From the IMG/VR virus record IMGVR_UViG_3300031998_000219, positions 1 to 44,158 of that record: 44,158 nucleotides of DNA; one strand, given 5' to 3'. Positions within the stretch are counted from its first letter, which is position 1, and every line of letters begins with the position of its first letter. Below are positions 6,724 through 14,741 of this stretch, piece after piece. Under the pieces are notes generated by a model. The model was given only the letters and a program-made list of their open reading frames with translations, made no database searches and was not told where the DNA came from. Made by a program: the position numbers and the translations under genes. The stretch is from a virus.

Positions 6724-6982
6724 TTTGTATTTCTCTTTTGAAATAGGCCCGGGAACCATAACACGTTACAAGTTCCCAACCCTTTGCGCCTAAATCGTGA
6801 AACATTTTGTGTTCGGTTTCCAAACCCAAACCGTCCAATTTCATAATCTTGTATTCCCATTGTGTTTTGGGTTCCATCCCTTGTTCTTTTGTATCGCGGA
6901 ATAATGGATGGGTACATTTGAAATCCGCCCGAAATGATTTGCAATAATCTTTCATTTCGCAATCATTACATTTGTTACTCAT
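6716..6982 (-). CDS. Cys-rich N-terminus plus DUF4177-like C-terminal domain, 88 aa
   Basis: WEYKIMKLDGLGLETEHKMFHDLGAKGWELV resembles the DUF4177 pattern (WEYK.....G.....L...LN.LG.eGWELV). Start context GGCGATATG. Confidence 0.5.
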   Translation of the reverse strand: MSNKCNDCEMKDYCKSFRADFKCTHPLFRDTKEQGMEPKTQWEYKIMKLDGLGLETEHKMFHDLGAKGWELVTCYGSRAYFKREIQNG

Positions 6983-6993
6983 ATCGCCTTTTG

Positions 6994-7389
6994 TTATTTA
7001 ATGGGTAATTTCTTCAAATCATCAATCAATATGTATTTCGAATCCCACACGGCACACCGGACCAAACGCGGGTCGCGGTCTGAGGTTCTTTCATCATCCG
7101 GGATTACGATTGCATCCGATGGGAACTTATATCCGGCTTTGCATTTGCGCCATTTTACTGCTTGTTGCAAAATGTTTTTCCCAAAAACAGAAACAAAATC
7201 ATCGTATTTGCATTGTACGATTTGTTTTTCTTCATCAATAGAACCGAATGCGGGACAACATTTGCAACTATTTGAACCCACGGTGCAAAAAGAATGTTCA
7301 CATAAAGTTTGGGACCAATCCCCAATGACGGTGTGCCCCTCTACCGTTATGGTTCCATCTTTCAATATTGTATAATGTTTCGCTTCCAT
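6994..7389 (-). CDS. Hypothetical Cys-rich protein, 131 aa
   Basis: Intact ORF with start context GGCGATATG. Confidence 0.55.
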   Translation of the reverse strand: MEAKHYTILKDGTITVEGHTVIGDWSQTLCEHSFCTVGSNSCKCCPAFGSIDEEKQIVQCKYDDFVSVFGKNILQQAVKWRKCKAGYKFPSDAIVIPDDERTSDRDPRLVRCAVWDSKYILIDDLKKLPIK

Positions 7390-7401
7390 ATCGCCCGGTG
7401 T

Positions 7402-7611
7402 TTAATCAAACAATGACGGAACGGGATTCAGCAAACGCCCGTTCAGTTCGTCCAACTCTTTTTCCATCTGTCTTGACAGATTCAGCGCGGATGGGTCTTT
7501 GAACTTGAACCATCGGCGTTGATTGTGCCTTAATTGCGCCACGAAACGCACATATTCCGCCGCCTGTTCCGGCGTAATTGCGTCAATCTTTGTAATCTTG
7601 GGTAATTCCAT
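7402..7611 (-). CDS. Hypothetical protein, 69 aa
   Basis: ATG at 7611 lies 2 nt after the upstream TGA (TGATTATGG). Confidence 0.5.
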   Translation of the reverse strand: MELPKITKIDAITPEQAAEYVRFVAQLRHNQRRWFKFKDPSALNLSRQMEKELDELNGRLLNPVPSLFD

Positions 7612-7613
7612 AA

Positions 7614-8180
7614 TCAAAATAATTTGTATTGTTCTTTTTGGGGTAAATTAGCCATTATCCAACTAATTTCATTTGCCAACATATAACGGCCAAAATGCAT
7701 AATTAAGATTGCATCAGAATTCCACAATGTAATTTTGACGGTCGGATATAATTGCGCCGCCTTTTCTGCATATCTTCTTTTGCGTTCGGCCTTTTCTTCT
7801 TTCATTCCTTTAACCCTCAATTTTAACGTGTTCATCCATCGCATCGGATGTACCATTACATACGGAATTCCGGATGTTTCGATAATGGCTTTAAGGTGTT
7901 CAAAGTTTGCCAACATTCGTTGTATCCTGTACAACTTTCCCATATTGGTTTTGCCATCAGTTCCGGGCGTTATATCGTCCGGGCGCACGGATAGTTTTTC
8001 CAAAAAGACGATGGGTTTGTAGGTGGCCGCGTAATATTGCAAGAAATCGGCCAATTCCGTTACATCCTTTGGCATTTTCACGACCTTGGGATGGTCGCCC
8101 GGGATGAACACGGCGATTCCGCCGTTGGCGGACCCGGGGTCAATCCCGATAATGCAATTAATGTGTATCTTTTCCATCAT
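7614..8180 (-). CDS. RuvC-like Holliday junction resolvase
   Basis: N-terminal CIIGIDPGSANGGIAV is the RuvC/RNase H-fold catalytic Asp motif found in phage RuvC-like resolvases. The protein is 188 aa and its start overlaps the upstream stop (ATGA). Confidence 0.7.
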   Translation of the reverse strand: MMEKIHINCIIGIDPGSANGGIAVFIPGDHPKVVKMPKDVTELADFLQYYAATYKPIVFLEKLSVRPDDITPGTDGKTNMGKLYRIQRMLANFEHLKAIIETSGIPYVMVHPMRWMNTLKLRVKGMKEEKAERKRRYAEKAAQLYPTVKITLWNSDAILIMHFGRYMLANEISWIMANLPQKEQYKLF

Positions 8181-9058
8181 TCAAACTTTATGTGTTCGGA
8201 CAAAACCACACCGTCGGCAACCATCTTTTCGAATGTCTTGCACAATGCGCCGCGTCGCGCCGTTTCAAATGCCCGTACCTGTATTTCCTTATCTTCTGTT
8301 CCCTTTTCTTTCAAATGCCGAACGTCGTACATCTGATAATTTACCGTTAGTTCCCGGATTTTCTTTTGCAGTTCTGATTGCAATATTTCATCAGTAACCA
8401 CGATATCGGTTGCCAACCCTGTATCGGCCAATATGTCGTAAAACAACATTTCCTTTATCGCTGACATTTCCGGCATTTTGCGGTTTACCTTGAAATATCC
8501 GTATGCGTCAATCAGATTTTGCCGCAATTCGTTCATCGCGCCGCGTACCTTGGATTCATCAACAGGTGTCGGCGTTGCGTCATACGCCTTTTTCAAGACG
8601 TTGGCGCGTTGCTTTTCGTATGCGTTCAAGACCTTGCAAATGTATTCGGCGTTGAAACTCTGATAATGGCCCCGGTCGGCGGTCCCATCTGACCGTTTGG
8701 GTAAGAATTCATCCAACGCCCCGGTTATGCACATTTCAAATGCCAACCGGAAATCGCGCAATGTCAAACCGCCGTAATGACGTTTCAAGATTTCCACGAT
8801 GCGAACACACAAATAACTCATTTCGGCGTTGTCCGTGGTTCTATATCCCACATCCTTTGCAATGAACTTGACGGCCTTGGCCAACTCAATCGCCAATTCG
8901 CCATCTTCATATTCCATTATGGTTTTGGCCGTGGTCGCAAGAAACACCGAACGTTCGGCCGGTCCCAATACCGCCATTATTTCCGGATTCGCGGCCATCG
9001 TGCGGCGCACGCTGACGGCCGTTTGTGGCTTATAAACTGCAATTCCTGTTTCCATCAT
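8177..9058 (-). CDS. Hypothetical protein in the replication module, 293 aa
   Basis: Intact ORF translationally coupled to the initiator-like gene upstream and the RuvC gene downstream. No motif recognised. Confidence 0.6.
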   Translation of the reverse strand: MMETGIAVYKPQTAVSVRRTMAANPEIMAVLGPAERSVFLATTAKTIMEYEDGELAIELAKAVKFIAKDVGYRTTDNAEMSYLCVRIVEILKRHYGGLTLRDFRLAFEMCITGALDEFLPKRSDGTADRGHYQSFNAEYICKVLNAYEKQRANVLKKAYDATPTPVDESKVRGAMNELRQNLIDAYGYFKVNRKMPEMSAIKEMLFYDILADTGLATDIVVTDEILQSELQKKIRELTVNYQMYDVRHLKEKGTEDKEIQVRAFETARRGALCKTFEKMVADGVVLSEHIKFE

Positions 9059-9822
9059 TCCGACATCATTTTAAGATATTCCATTGCGTCCGGGTCAATA
9101 CCGCCGGGGTTGTTCAATTTATGTAATTTGCCGCTTTCCATATCCTTACGCATAAAGTTACGGGCCGTTGCAATCCAATCACGTTTCTTTGCGCCTTTAC
9201 TTGCGGACCAATCCGAAACGACGTGGTAATAATATACGATGTCAACGCCGTTAAATTCCGGCGAATTGAATTCGGCCGCAAACAACTTATAATCTGCATA
9301 TTTTGAATTCTCAAATATACATAAATTTTCCGATGTACGACGTGGACGGGTAACGGTTATTGGCTCAAATTCGGGTTGACCGTCAAACAAACCGCCATCG
9401 GCGGGTTTATTATTATCAGTAAGTGAAACGGATTGTTCTTTATTAGTATTTATTAGTTGCGGGTTTTCCGTAAACGGGTTTTCCGTATGCGGCTTTTCCG
9501 CGTTCGGATTTTCAACATTGGCAAATTCCGCAACGTCTGAAATTATGTAATCGTATCCGGAAAACATACCGTGTTTGTCGCGTACCTCTGTTCGTTTGCA
9601 ATAACCCAATTCGATTAACTCTTTGATTCCGTTATTGGTGGCGTCGCGTCCATCCTTGGCGTGTTTCTTTAATTCGGAAAGATTCAAATTCCAATCGTCC
9701 GGTAAACTCATAACATATATGATTATTCCTTTGGCTTTCCAACTCAATCGTTGGTCCCGGATAAAATCATTGTTTACCGCCGTAAAATTGCCTTTATGTT
9801 TTGTTCTTTGTATCGAATCCAT
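9055..9822 (-). CDS. Replication initiator / replisome organiser-like winged-helix protein, 255 aa
   Basis: FTAVNNDFIRDQRLSWKAKGIIIYVMSLPDDWNLNLSELKKHAKDGRDATNNGIKELIELGYCKR matches the N-terminal pattern of DnaD/phage replisome-organiser proteins. Start placed at the ATG with TTGATATG context; the track's GTG start at 9861 lies inside a structured leader. Confidence 0.6.
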   Translation of the reverse strand: MDSIQRTKHKGNFTAVNNDFIRDQRLSWKAKGIIIYVMSLPDDWNLNLSELKKHAKDGRDATNNGIKELIELGYCKRTEVRDKHGMFSGYDYIISDVAEFANVENPNAEKPHTENPFTENPQLINTNKEQSVSLTDNNKPADGGLFDGQPEFEPITVTRPRRTSENLCIFENSKYADYKLFAAEFNSPEFNGVDIVYYYHVVSDWSASKGAKKRDWIATARNFMRKDMESGKLHKLNNPGGIDPDAMEYLKMMSE

Positions 9823-9938
9823 ATCAAAAGAAATTCCCGAATTTTGGGCCACCACAACCACAAAATCCGGGAATCTTTTGCCCCATCCGGGGCGTTTGTA
9901 TCCTATCCGTTGGTGGTGGTCAACGCTTTATGTCGTTG

Positions 9939-9972
9939 CAAATATAGATATTATTTGTATTCGGGAAACAAA
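9939..9972 (-). promoter_or_regulatory. Promoter for the replication genes (-7 box TATATTTG, possible TTTG -33 at 22-nt spacing)
   Basis: Minus strand has TATATTTG at 9946-9939, immediately after the stop of the upstream gene, and TTTG at 9972-9969. Confidence 0.5.
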
Positions 9973-10346
9973 ATCGGATTATTTTTTATCAGTTCGTCCA
10001 ATTCGTTTTTGGCCTGTTCCGCCCTATCGTATGCGCCCGGATTGAACAGACGCACACGGGGTTGTTTGTTGGCAATTTCTTTCAGTTCGGCGGCCTTGCG
10101 GTATGGCTCAATCCAATACCGTTTGATGCGGATTTGTTCGCCGTACCTGTTGATAACTTGCAATCTTTCCCGGCTGATTGGAACACCGATGTTTTCCAAT
10201 TCGCTTAACCTTGCGGATAATCGGTAAATACCCAAATCGTTCAACGCTTCTAAACTTGTTATCTTTTGGCCTGTCTTGAAAAAGGCCATTAAACGTTTCT
10301 TTTGAGATTCGGTTGCGGTTACGTTTTCGTTGTTGTTCATAATCAT
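9951..10346 (-). CDS. Winged-helix/HTH DNA-binding protein, 131 aa
   Basis: KITSLEALNDLGIYRLSARLSELENIGVPI resembles the HTH_36/39-type pattern (t..eA....gi.rLaaRI.eL...G..I). Confidence 0.5.
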   Translation of the reverse strand: MIMNNNENVTATESQKKRLMAFFKTGQKITSLEALNDLGIYRLSARLSELENIGVPISRERLQVINRYGEQIRIKRYWIEPYRKAAELKEIANKQPRVRLFNPGAYDRAEQAKNELDELIKNNPILFPEYK

Positions 10347-11062
10347 TCGTCTTTATTTGTTAGTAATAGGGATAAATTTTCCGTGGGGTGCATTGCATCC
10401 CGGATTTCGCCGCATCTGTTGTAATTGGCGATACAGGAAACCACCGGGTAACGGGAATTGTCGCCCGGCTTGTTGCTTTTGGCGAATTGTACTGACAAAT
10501 CGAATACCGTGTTGGTAACGGTTCCGTACATCGTTTGTACTGCATCGAACGAATTGCGAATGTTCTTGACGCTTGACGCCTTACCCTTGGTTGCAAATTG
10601 CCATACACCAACCACGCCCCGGACGGCCGGAATGATTACGCGCATTGTCAATGTCACGTCCCAATTTTCCGCACCGCGTTTCGTCGGATTCTTGGCCGCA
10701 ATCTGTTCCATTATTTGCGGATAATCATTGATGGAATACGGCGCGTATTTCTTGCCGTCCCAAACCTCGAATGTCTGACCGTCGCCGGATGCAACCAACG
10801 CGCCTTTGTCGTCCCTATATTCGTAACGTTCGCGGCATACCTTTTCGGGGTCGTCATCCGGGAATATAACTTGAATCGTTTGCGGCTTTTCGCCTAACGC
10901 TTGCGTGAACAATGCCGCATATTTACCCGTCGGCCGGAACCAATCAATGGATTGCGGCAAACCGCGTTCGTTCTTCATACCGATATGCAAACGGCCGATT
11001 TCCGGCAATTCCAACATCGAACCGTTTGCGTCGTTTCTAATTATTCGTCCGCCCATACTCAC
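10343..11062 (-). CDS. Hypothetical protein, 239 aa, partner of the exonuclease (possible ssDNA-annealing or ssDNA-binding role by position only)
   Basis: Its start overlaps the exonuclease gene stop. No RecT, ERF or Rad52 motif recognised by eye. Confidence 0.6.
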   Translation of the reverse strand: MSMGGRIIRNDANGSMLELPEIGRLHIGMKNERGLPQSIDWFRPTGKYAALFTQALGEKPQTIQVIFPDDDPEKVCRERYEYRDDKGALVASGDGQTFEVWDGKKYAPYSINDYPQIMEQIAAKNPTKRGAENWDVTLTMRVIIPAVRGVVGVWQFATKGKASSVKNIRNSFDAVQTMYGTVTNTVFDLSVQFAKSNKPGDNSRYPVVSCIANYNRCGEIRDAMHPTENLSLLLTNKDE

Positions 11063-12291
11063 ATTTCAATATCTAAATTCAACAAATCAGTCTTTGCCGC
11101 CATCGGTTCCGGGTCGGCTTTCGGTAAATTTTCCGTGTTTTGCCCTGTATTCGATTTTCTTTCGTCTGACGTGGGTTTGGACGGGCGCGAACTTTTCGTG
11201 GCTCTGACGGCCTTATTTGGGGCCGAATCGGGTGCGTTGTCCGAATCTTTGGATTCCGGGGATTTTATACCCAATGCCTTTTCCGCGGATTCGATTTCTT
11301 CTTTGGTTATTGTCGGGGCGTTGGCCGCCTGTTCCGGGGTGTCTTTTTTGTCCCTCTTTGTCTTTATCAGTTCGGCCAATGACAGATTCAACAAATTATC
11401 CTCAATCTTGCCGTTATCCAAATCCAATTGGCCTTGCACGATGGTAAACGTGTTGTCTCTCTTTGCATCTTCGATGGCGGCCAAATCTAACAAATACGGA
11501 ATCTTCTTGGCATTCACGGAATCCGTTTGGTCTTTTAAATTGTATGACGGGGCCTTGCGCCAATCCTTGGGACTGAAATTGAACAACTTTTGTATCGGCT
11601 TTTCCGGGCAATACACATCCCACATCATTTTGTACAAATGCAATTGGATTTCGTGTTCCTCGTAAAATCCTTTGCGCCCGCTTTTGAAATCCACGATGGC
11701 GGTAAAGGTTTCGGCCGTCTTGGGGTTCGTCATTTCGCACGGCAAATCAAGACATCCGGCATAATGGTATTCGGGATGTACCAACGCGATTTCAACGGCC
11801 AACGGTTTTACGTTCCAATCCTTGACGAATTGGGCGAACGCCAACACGTCTTTGCGTATTGTAACCAACCAATCGCCAAACACCTTATCCGGCAAATTGT
11901 TCCGTTCCATATAATCCAACAGAACACCCGGTACGGCGTCGAAATCGTAATGGCGGTTGATTATCAGTTCTTCGAATTGGGCGTGCATAAACGTACCGTA
12001 TGCGGCCGCCAAATCCCTTTTTTCCGTCGAACCCTCTTTGCCATTGGCGGCAATCCAATCCAATAACGCGGGTGGGGTCGGCATTACCTGTTTCAACAAT
12101 GTAGTTACGGACGGGTAAAATTCCGGGTTGCCGTTGGCGTCGAACCGGTAATAATAACGGTGGCCGTCCGAATTCAATTGATAAACTTTGTATGGCGGTT
12201 CTTTCAACGCATCAGCATTGAAAAACAACGCCGTCATTTCTTCCACGGTCATTCCCGGGAACAACTCTTTTGTCGTGTCTTTTGTTTCCAT
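11059..12291 (-). CDS. PD-(D/E)XK (RecB/Cas4-type) exonuclease with a long disordered C-terminal tail, 410 aa
   Basis: Motifs GCLDL, IVDFKSG (D-x-K) and QLHLY (QxxxY) occur in canonical order. The last ~110 aa are low-complexity K/S/P/E/A. Start context ATACAGGCGATATG. Confidence 0.7.
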   Translation of the reverse strand: METKDTTKELFPGMTVEEMTALFFNADALKEPPYKVYQLNSDGHRYYYRFDANGNPEFYPSVTTLLKQVMPTPPALLDWIAANGKEGSTEKRDLAAAYGTFMHAQFEELIINRHYDFDAVPGVLLDYMERNNLPDKVFGDWLVTIRKDVLAFAQFVKDWNVKPLAVEIALVHPEYHYAGCLDLPCEMTNPKTAETFTAIVDFKSGRKGFYEEHEIQLHLYKMMWDVYCPEKPIQKLFNFSPKDWRKAPSYNLKDQTDSVNAKKIPYLLDLAAIEDAKRDNTFTIVQGQLDLDNGKIEDNLLNLSLAELIKTKRDKKDTPEQAANAPTITKEEIESAEKALGIKSPESKDSDNAPDSAPNKAVRATKSSRPSKPTSDERKSNTGQNTENLPKADPEPMAAKTDLLNLDIEM

Positions 12292-12303
12292 ATCGCCTGT
12301 ATG

Positions 12304-12465
12304 TTACTTTTTGTTGATTCTCATTATTTGTATGTATTCGCGCAAGAACATTCCAAAGTTGATTGCGGACAAAATGATTACGGCAAACAATGCCGGTTGC
12401 CAAAAGATTGCGACGATGGCGCAACCCAATACCACGGCCCAAATGATGGCCCAAAACAGATTCAA
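12304..12465 (-). CDS. Possible small two-TM membrane protein, 53 aa, with TTG start
   Basis: NLFWAIIWAVVLGCAIVAIFWQPALFAVIILSAINFGMFLREYIQIMRINKK is strongly hydrophobic. The only in-frame ATG (12483) is followed by AAA TAT TAA. See findings. Confidence 0.35.
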   Translation of the reverse strand: MNLFWAIIWAVVLGCAIVAIFWQPALFAVIILSAINFGMFLREYIQIMRINKK

Positions 12466-12486
12466 TGAACTTTAATATTTCATAAT

Positions 12487-12966
12487 TTAATCGTTTGAAA
12501 GTCCAAACAGGAAATCGGCCGTGCAATCCAACATTTCACAAATGACGCGCACCCATTCGGGGTTTATCTTTTGTGTCTTGCCGCAACATAAATTGGTCAT
12601 ATTGACCTGTTGCGCAATGGCGGTTGAATCCGGCCATAACTTTTCCGAAATGTCTTTTTTGAACACCTTTTTGCCCTGTGTGTTTGCGCGGGCCAACGCT
12701 TCATTAATTCGTAATGTCATTTCGTTTTTGGTTTTGTTGTTGTTAATAATTCCGTTTCTTCTCTGTCGTTGTTGTTTCAAGAACTCAATATAATTTTCCA
12801 AAACATTCTCAATGGCCCAAGAATCCAAATTTTTGTACTTGGCGGCGGCTTCTTGGATGTCGTTTTCGAAATCGGCCGATTCATCTTCGATAATTTCTTC
12901 CGGCGTGCGGTTATCCATATAACGGTCAAATTCCGCGTCCAATCTTCTATCGTCCAAATCACTCAT
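12487..12966 (-). CDS. XRE/Cro-C1-type HTH regulator with acidic N-terminal half, 159 aa
   Basis: The C-terminal half, ...ISEKLWPDSTAIAQQVNMTNLCCGKTQKINPEWVRVICEMLDCTADFLFGL, has the HTH_3 layout and the typical ..FLFG ending. The ATG follows the upstream stop. Confidence 0.6.
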   Translation of the reverse strand: MSDLDDRRLDAEFDRYMDNRTPEEIIEDESADFENDIQEAAAKYKNLDSWAIENVLENYIEFLKQQRQRRNGIINNNKTKNEMTLRINEALARANTQGKKVFKKDISEKLWPDSTAIAQQVNMTNLCCGKTQKINPEWVRVICEMLDCTADFLFGLSND

Positions 12967-12971
12967 AATAT

Positions 12972-13226
12972 TTATTCTTTCGGGCAACCTTTTGATACCC
13001 ATTCAACTATATCATCAATCGTTTCATTTTTAAATTCAAACGAAACTTTAATACTCATCGCTACCGTTTCAAATAAAGAAAAATGTTCTATTTTGTATTT
13101 TTTAGCGATATTATAATATACACACCCACGTTCTATTGCAGTCATTGAATTAAGTTTATCACCGTGACAATGCCACAAATACGCGGCCAATTCATACATT
13201 CGTTCTAATTCTTCAATACCTTTCAT
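12972..13226 (-). CDS. Hypothetical protein, 84 aa
   Basis: Intact ORF with an ATGA overlap onto the upstream small ORF. Confidence 0.5.
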   Translation of the reverse strand: MKGIEELERMYELAAYLWHCHGDKLNSMTAIERGCVYYNIAKKYKIEHFSLFETVAMSIKVSFEFKNETIDDIVEWVSKGCPKE

Positions 13227-13372
13227 AAGACGTATTCGGGATTATGCTTTTTGAACAATAGGAAACTGACGAATAGGTTTGCACCCACAATCAGATACCA
13301 CCATAAATGTTCGGATTCGCCACACATCGCCAATAAGGATATGGCGAAATAGATTGATGAAAACTTTTTCAT
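13223..13372 (-). CDS. Small two-TM membrane protein, 49 aa (below the ORF-track cutoff)
   Basis: MKKFSSIYFAISLLAMCGESEHLWWYLIVGANLFVSFLLFKKHNPEYVL has start context GGGCGATATG, and its stop overlaps the next ATG. Confidence 0.5.
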   Translation of the reverse strand: MKKFSSIYFAISLLAMCGESEHLWWYLIVGANLFVSFLLFKKHNPEYVL

Positions 13373-13383
13373 ATCGCCCGTTA

Positions 13384-13839
13384 TTACTTGTTATTCATCA
13401 TTCTTTCCATAAAGGTATGTTCAAATTGTTCCATTACCTGTTGGCGTTTCTCTTTCTTGAATTGCTCAAAACAATTCTCAACCAAAGTTTTAGACATCGC
13501 TTCAATTTCTTTGGCAAATTGTGAATTATCGGATGAATAATACCCGGTTTTATACGCAAATCGGTTCTTTATCCATTCTTCAATTGAATAATCTTTGCCA
13601 TCAAGTCTAAACTTGATTTCTTTGGCGGCTTTTTTGATACACTTTGAAACCTCTTTTTTAAATGTTGTTTCAATGTAATTTGTTACCTGTCTTTGGATTT
13701 CCTTTACAATGTCGGTATTTAACTTCTCTGTTAAACCCCTCTTAACCTCGTTCAAGATTAAACGTTTGAATTCTTCTTTTGCACTATCTTCGTTGTAATC
13801 AAAGAATTCGCCTAAATCAATTTCAATTGTTCCTTTCAT
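13384..13839 (-). CDS. Hypothetical Lys/Glu-rich protein, 151 aa
   Basis: Intact ORF directly downstream of promoter-leader cassette B. Start context AAAGCGATATG. Confidence 0.6.
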   Translation of the reverse strand: MKGTIEIDLGEFFDYNEDSAKEEFKRLILNEVKRGLTEKLNTDIVKEIQRQVTNYIETTFKKEVSKCIKKAAKEIKFRLDGKDYSIEEWIKNRFAYKTGYYSSDNSQFAKEIEAMSKTLVENCFEQFKKEKRQQVMEQFEHTFMERMMNNK

Positions 13840-13925
13840 ATCGCTTTGTCTTTAATCCCGGAACCCGCCGGGTCGGTGTTGCAAAGTTAGTTATTATTTC
13901 TTTATGTGCAATAACTTTCGGTTTA
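13840..13925 (-). promoter_or_regulatory. Promoter-leader cassette B
   Basis: Minus strand reads AAAGTTATTGC (13908-13915), 19 nt, then TAACTTTG (13889-13882). This is followed by hairpin CCCGG/CCGGG with loop CGGGTT (13857-13872), a 17-nt spacer and the ATG. Confidence 0.65.
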
Positions 13926-13942
13926 ATTTCTTCGATTGTGTC

Positions 13943-14284
13943 TTATTGCATCCGTTGATGCAACAACGTCTTTATCGCCGTGAACGCCTGTTCGTTGGCC
14001 TTGTATTCATCAAACGTGCAATCGGCAATGAAATCATCCAAACGCTTGTACAGGTTTTCGACCTGTTGCCGGGCCATCGCGTGGCGCGTTACGCCCATAT
14101 CATCCGTGAATCCCTTGCGTACATAACCGTTGGTTGTCATAATGGTTTCCGCATCTTCGAACGAACCTTTGGTAAAGTAACGTTGTTCGAAATAGACATC
14201 GTAAAAGGTTTGGCCGTAATCGTTGCGGAATTCCTGTATTCGCGCTTCTTTGTTGTTCTTGGGGTTTATGTAATTGTATCGCAT
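13943..14284 (-). CDS. Hypothetical protein, 113 aa
   Basis: Intact ORF with start context CCGATATG. Confidence 0.55.
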   Translation of the reverse strand: MRYNYINPKNNKEARIQEFRNDYGQTFYDVYFEQRYFTKGSFEDAETIMTTNGYVRKGFTDDMGVTRHAMARQQVENLYKRLDDFIADCTFDEYKANEQAFTAIKTLLHQRMQ

Positions 14285-14300
14285 ATCGGTAAATGGTAAT

Positions 14301-14318
14301 GGCCCCGTTTCCGGGGCC
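14301..14318 (-). terminator. GC hairpin GGCCCCG-GAAA-CGGGGCC (GNRA loop) between two genes
   Basis: 7-bp perfect stem, 9 nt after the stop at 14327 and 17 nt before the next ATG. With no U-tract, it could be an attenuator, a processing site or a stabiliser. Confidence 0.45.
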
Positions 14319-14326
14319 GTGGGTTA

Positions 14327-14539
14327 TCAATTAAGTTCAACGGTTATTTTTGCCACGATGTAACCATCTTTTACAACAAAACAGGAATACGGGTTTTCGG
14401 TGTCGTTGATGGCGTATGTTACGCTTTTGTAACCTCTTTGTGCGCGGTGGATTTCCTTGTAATAGTTATCAGCATTGAAAACGGTTATTTCGCGGTAACT
14501 CTTTGACTTTTCCGGGTTGCTGAAATTAAATGTTGTCAT
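14327..14539 (-). CDS. Hypothetical protein, 70 aa
   Basis: Start moved to MTTFNFSN (AAAGCGATATG context). The upstream part of the track ORF is cassette C. The N-terminus resembles that of the 16019-16258 gene (MTTLNYT). Confidence 0.55.
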   Translation of the reverse strand: MTTFNFSNPEKSKSYREITVFNADNYYKEIHRAQRGYKSVTYAINDTENPYSCFVVKDGYIVAKITVELN

Positions 14540-14640
14540 ATCGCTTTCATTTTTGTTCGCGGAACCGCCCGCGTGCGTTGGATTCACAACTGAATCCATT
14601 GCAAATATCAGCATTTATTTTTATTCCGCAATAACTTTTA
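14540..14640 (-). promoter_or_regulatory. Promoter-leader cassette C
   Basis: Minus strand reads AAAGTTATTGC (14628-14635), 19 nt, then GATATTTG (14609-14602). This is followed by hairpin GGATTC/GAATCC (14580-14597), hairpin CGCGG/CCGCG with loop GCGGTT (14558-14573), an 18-nt spacer and the ATG. Confidence 0.6.
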
Positions 14641-14706
14641 CTTATTATTTTTACTGAAAATGCAACTTTTTTTCTGAATCGCGCCCACAACACGTTTAAA
14701 CGGGGT

Positions 14707-14714
14707 TATCTTTG
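14707..14714 (+). promoter_or_regulatory. Plus-strand -7 box TATCTTTG upstream of the only plus-strand ORF
   Basis: Perfect TAnnTTTG match 27 nt upstream of the ATG at 14742. No convincing -33 box. Confidence 0.4.
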
Positions 14715-14741
14715 CGGGGTAAACCAATAAATTTTTCAATT

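Noticed and set aside
10901-11665. 254-aa plus-strand ORF and similar plus-strand ORFs throughout the track
   Set aside because: All lie entirely inside well-supported minus-strand genes, here the exonuclease. Their composition is not protein-like and there are no intergenic signals on the plus strand.
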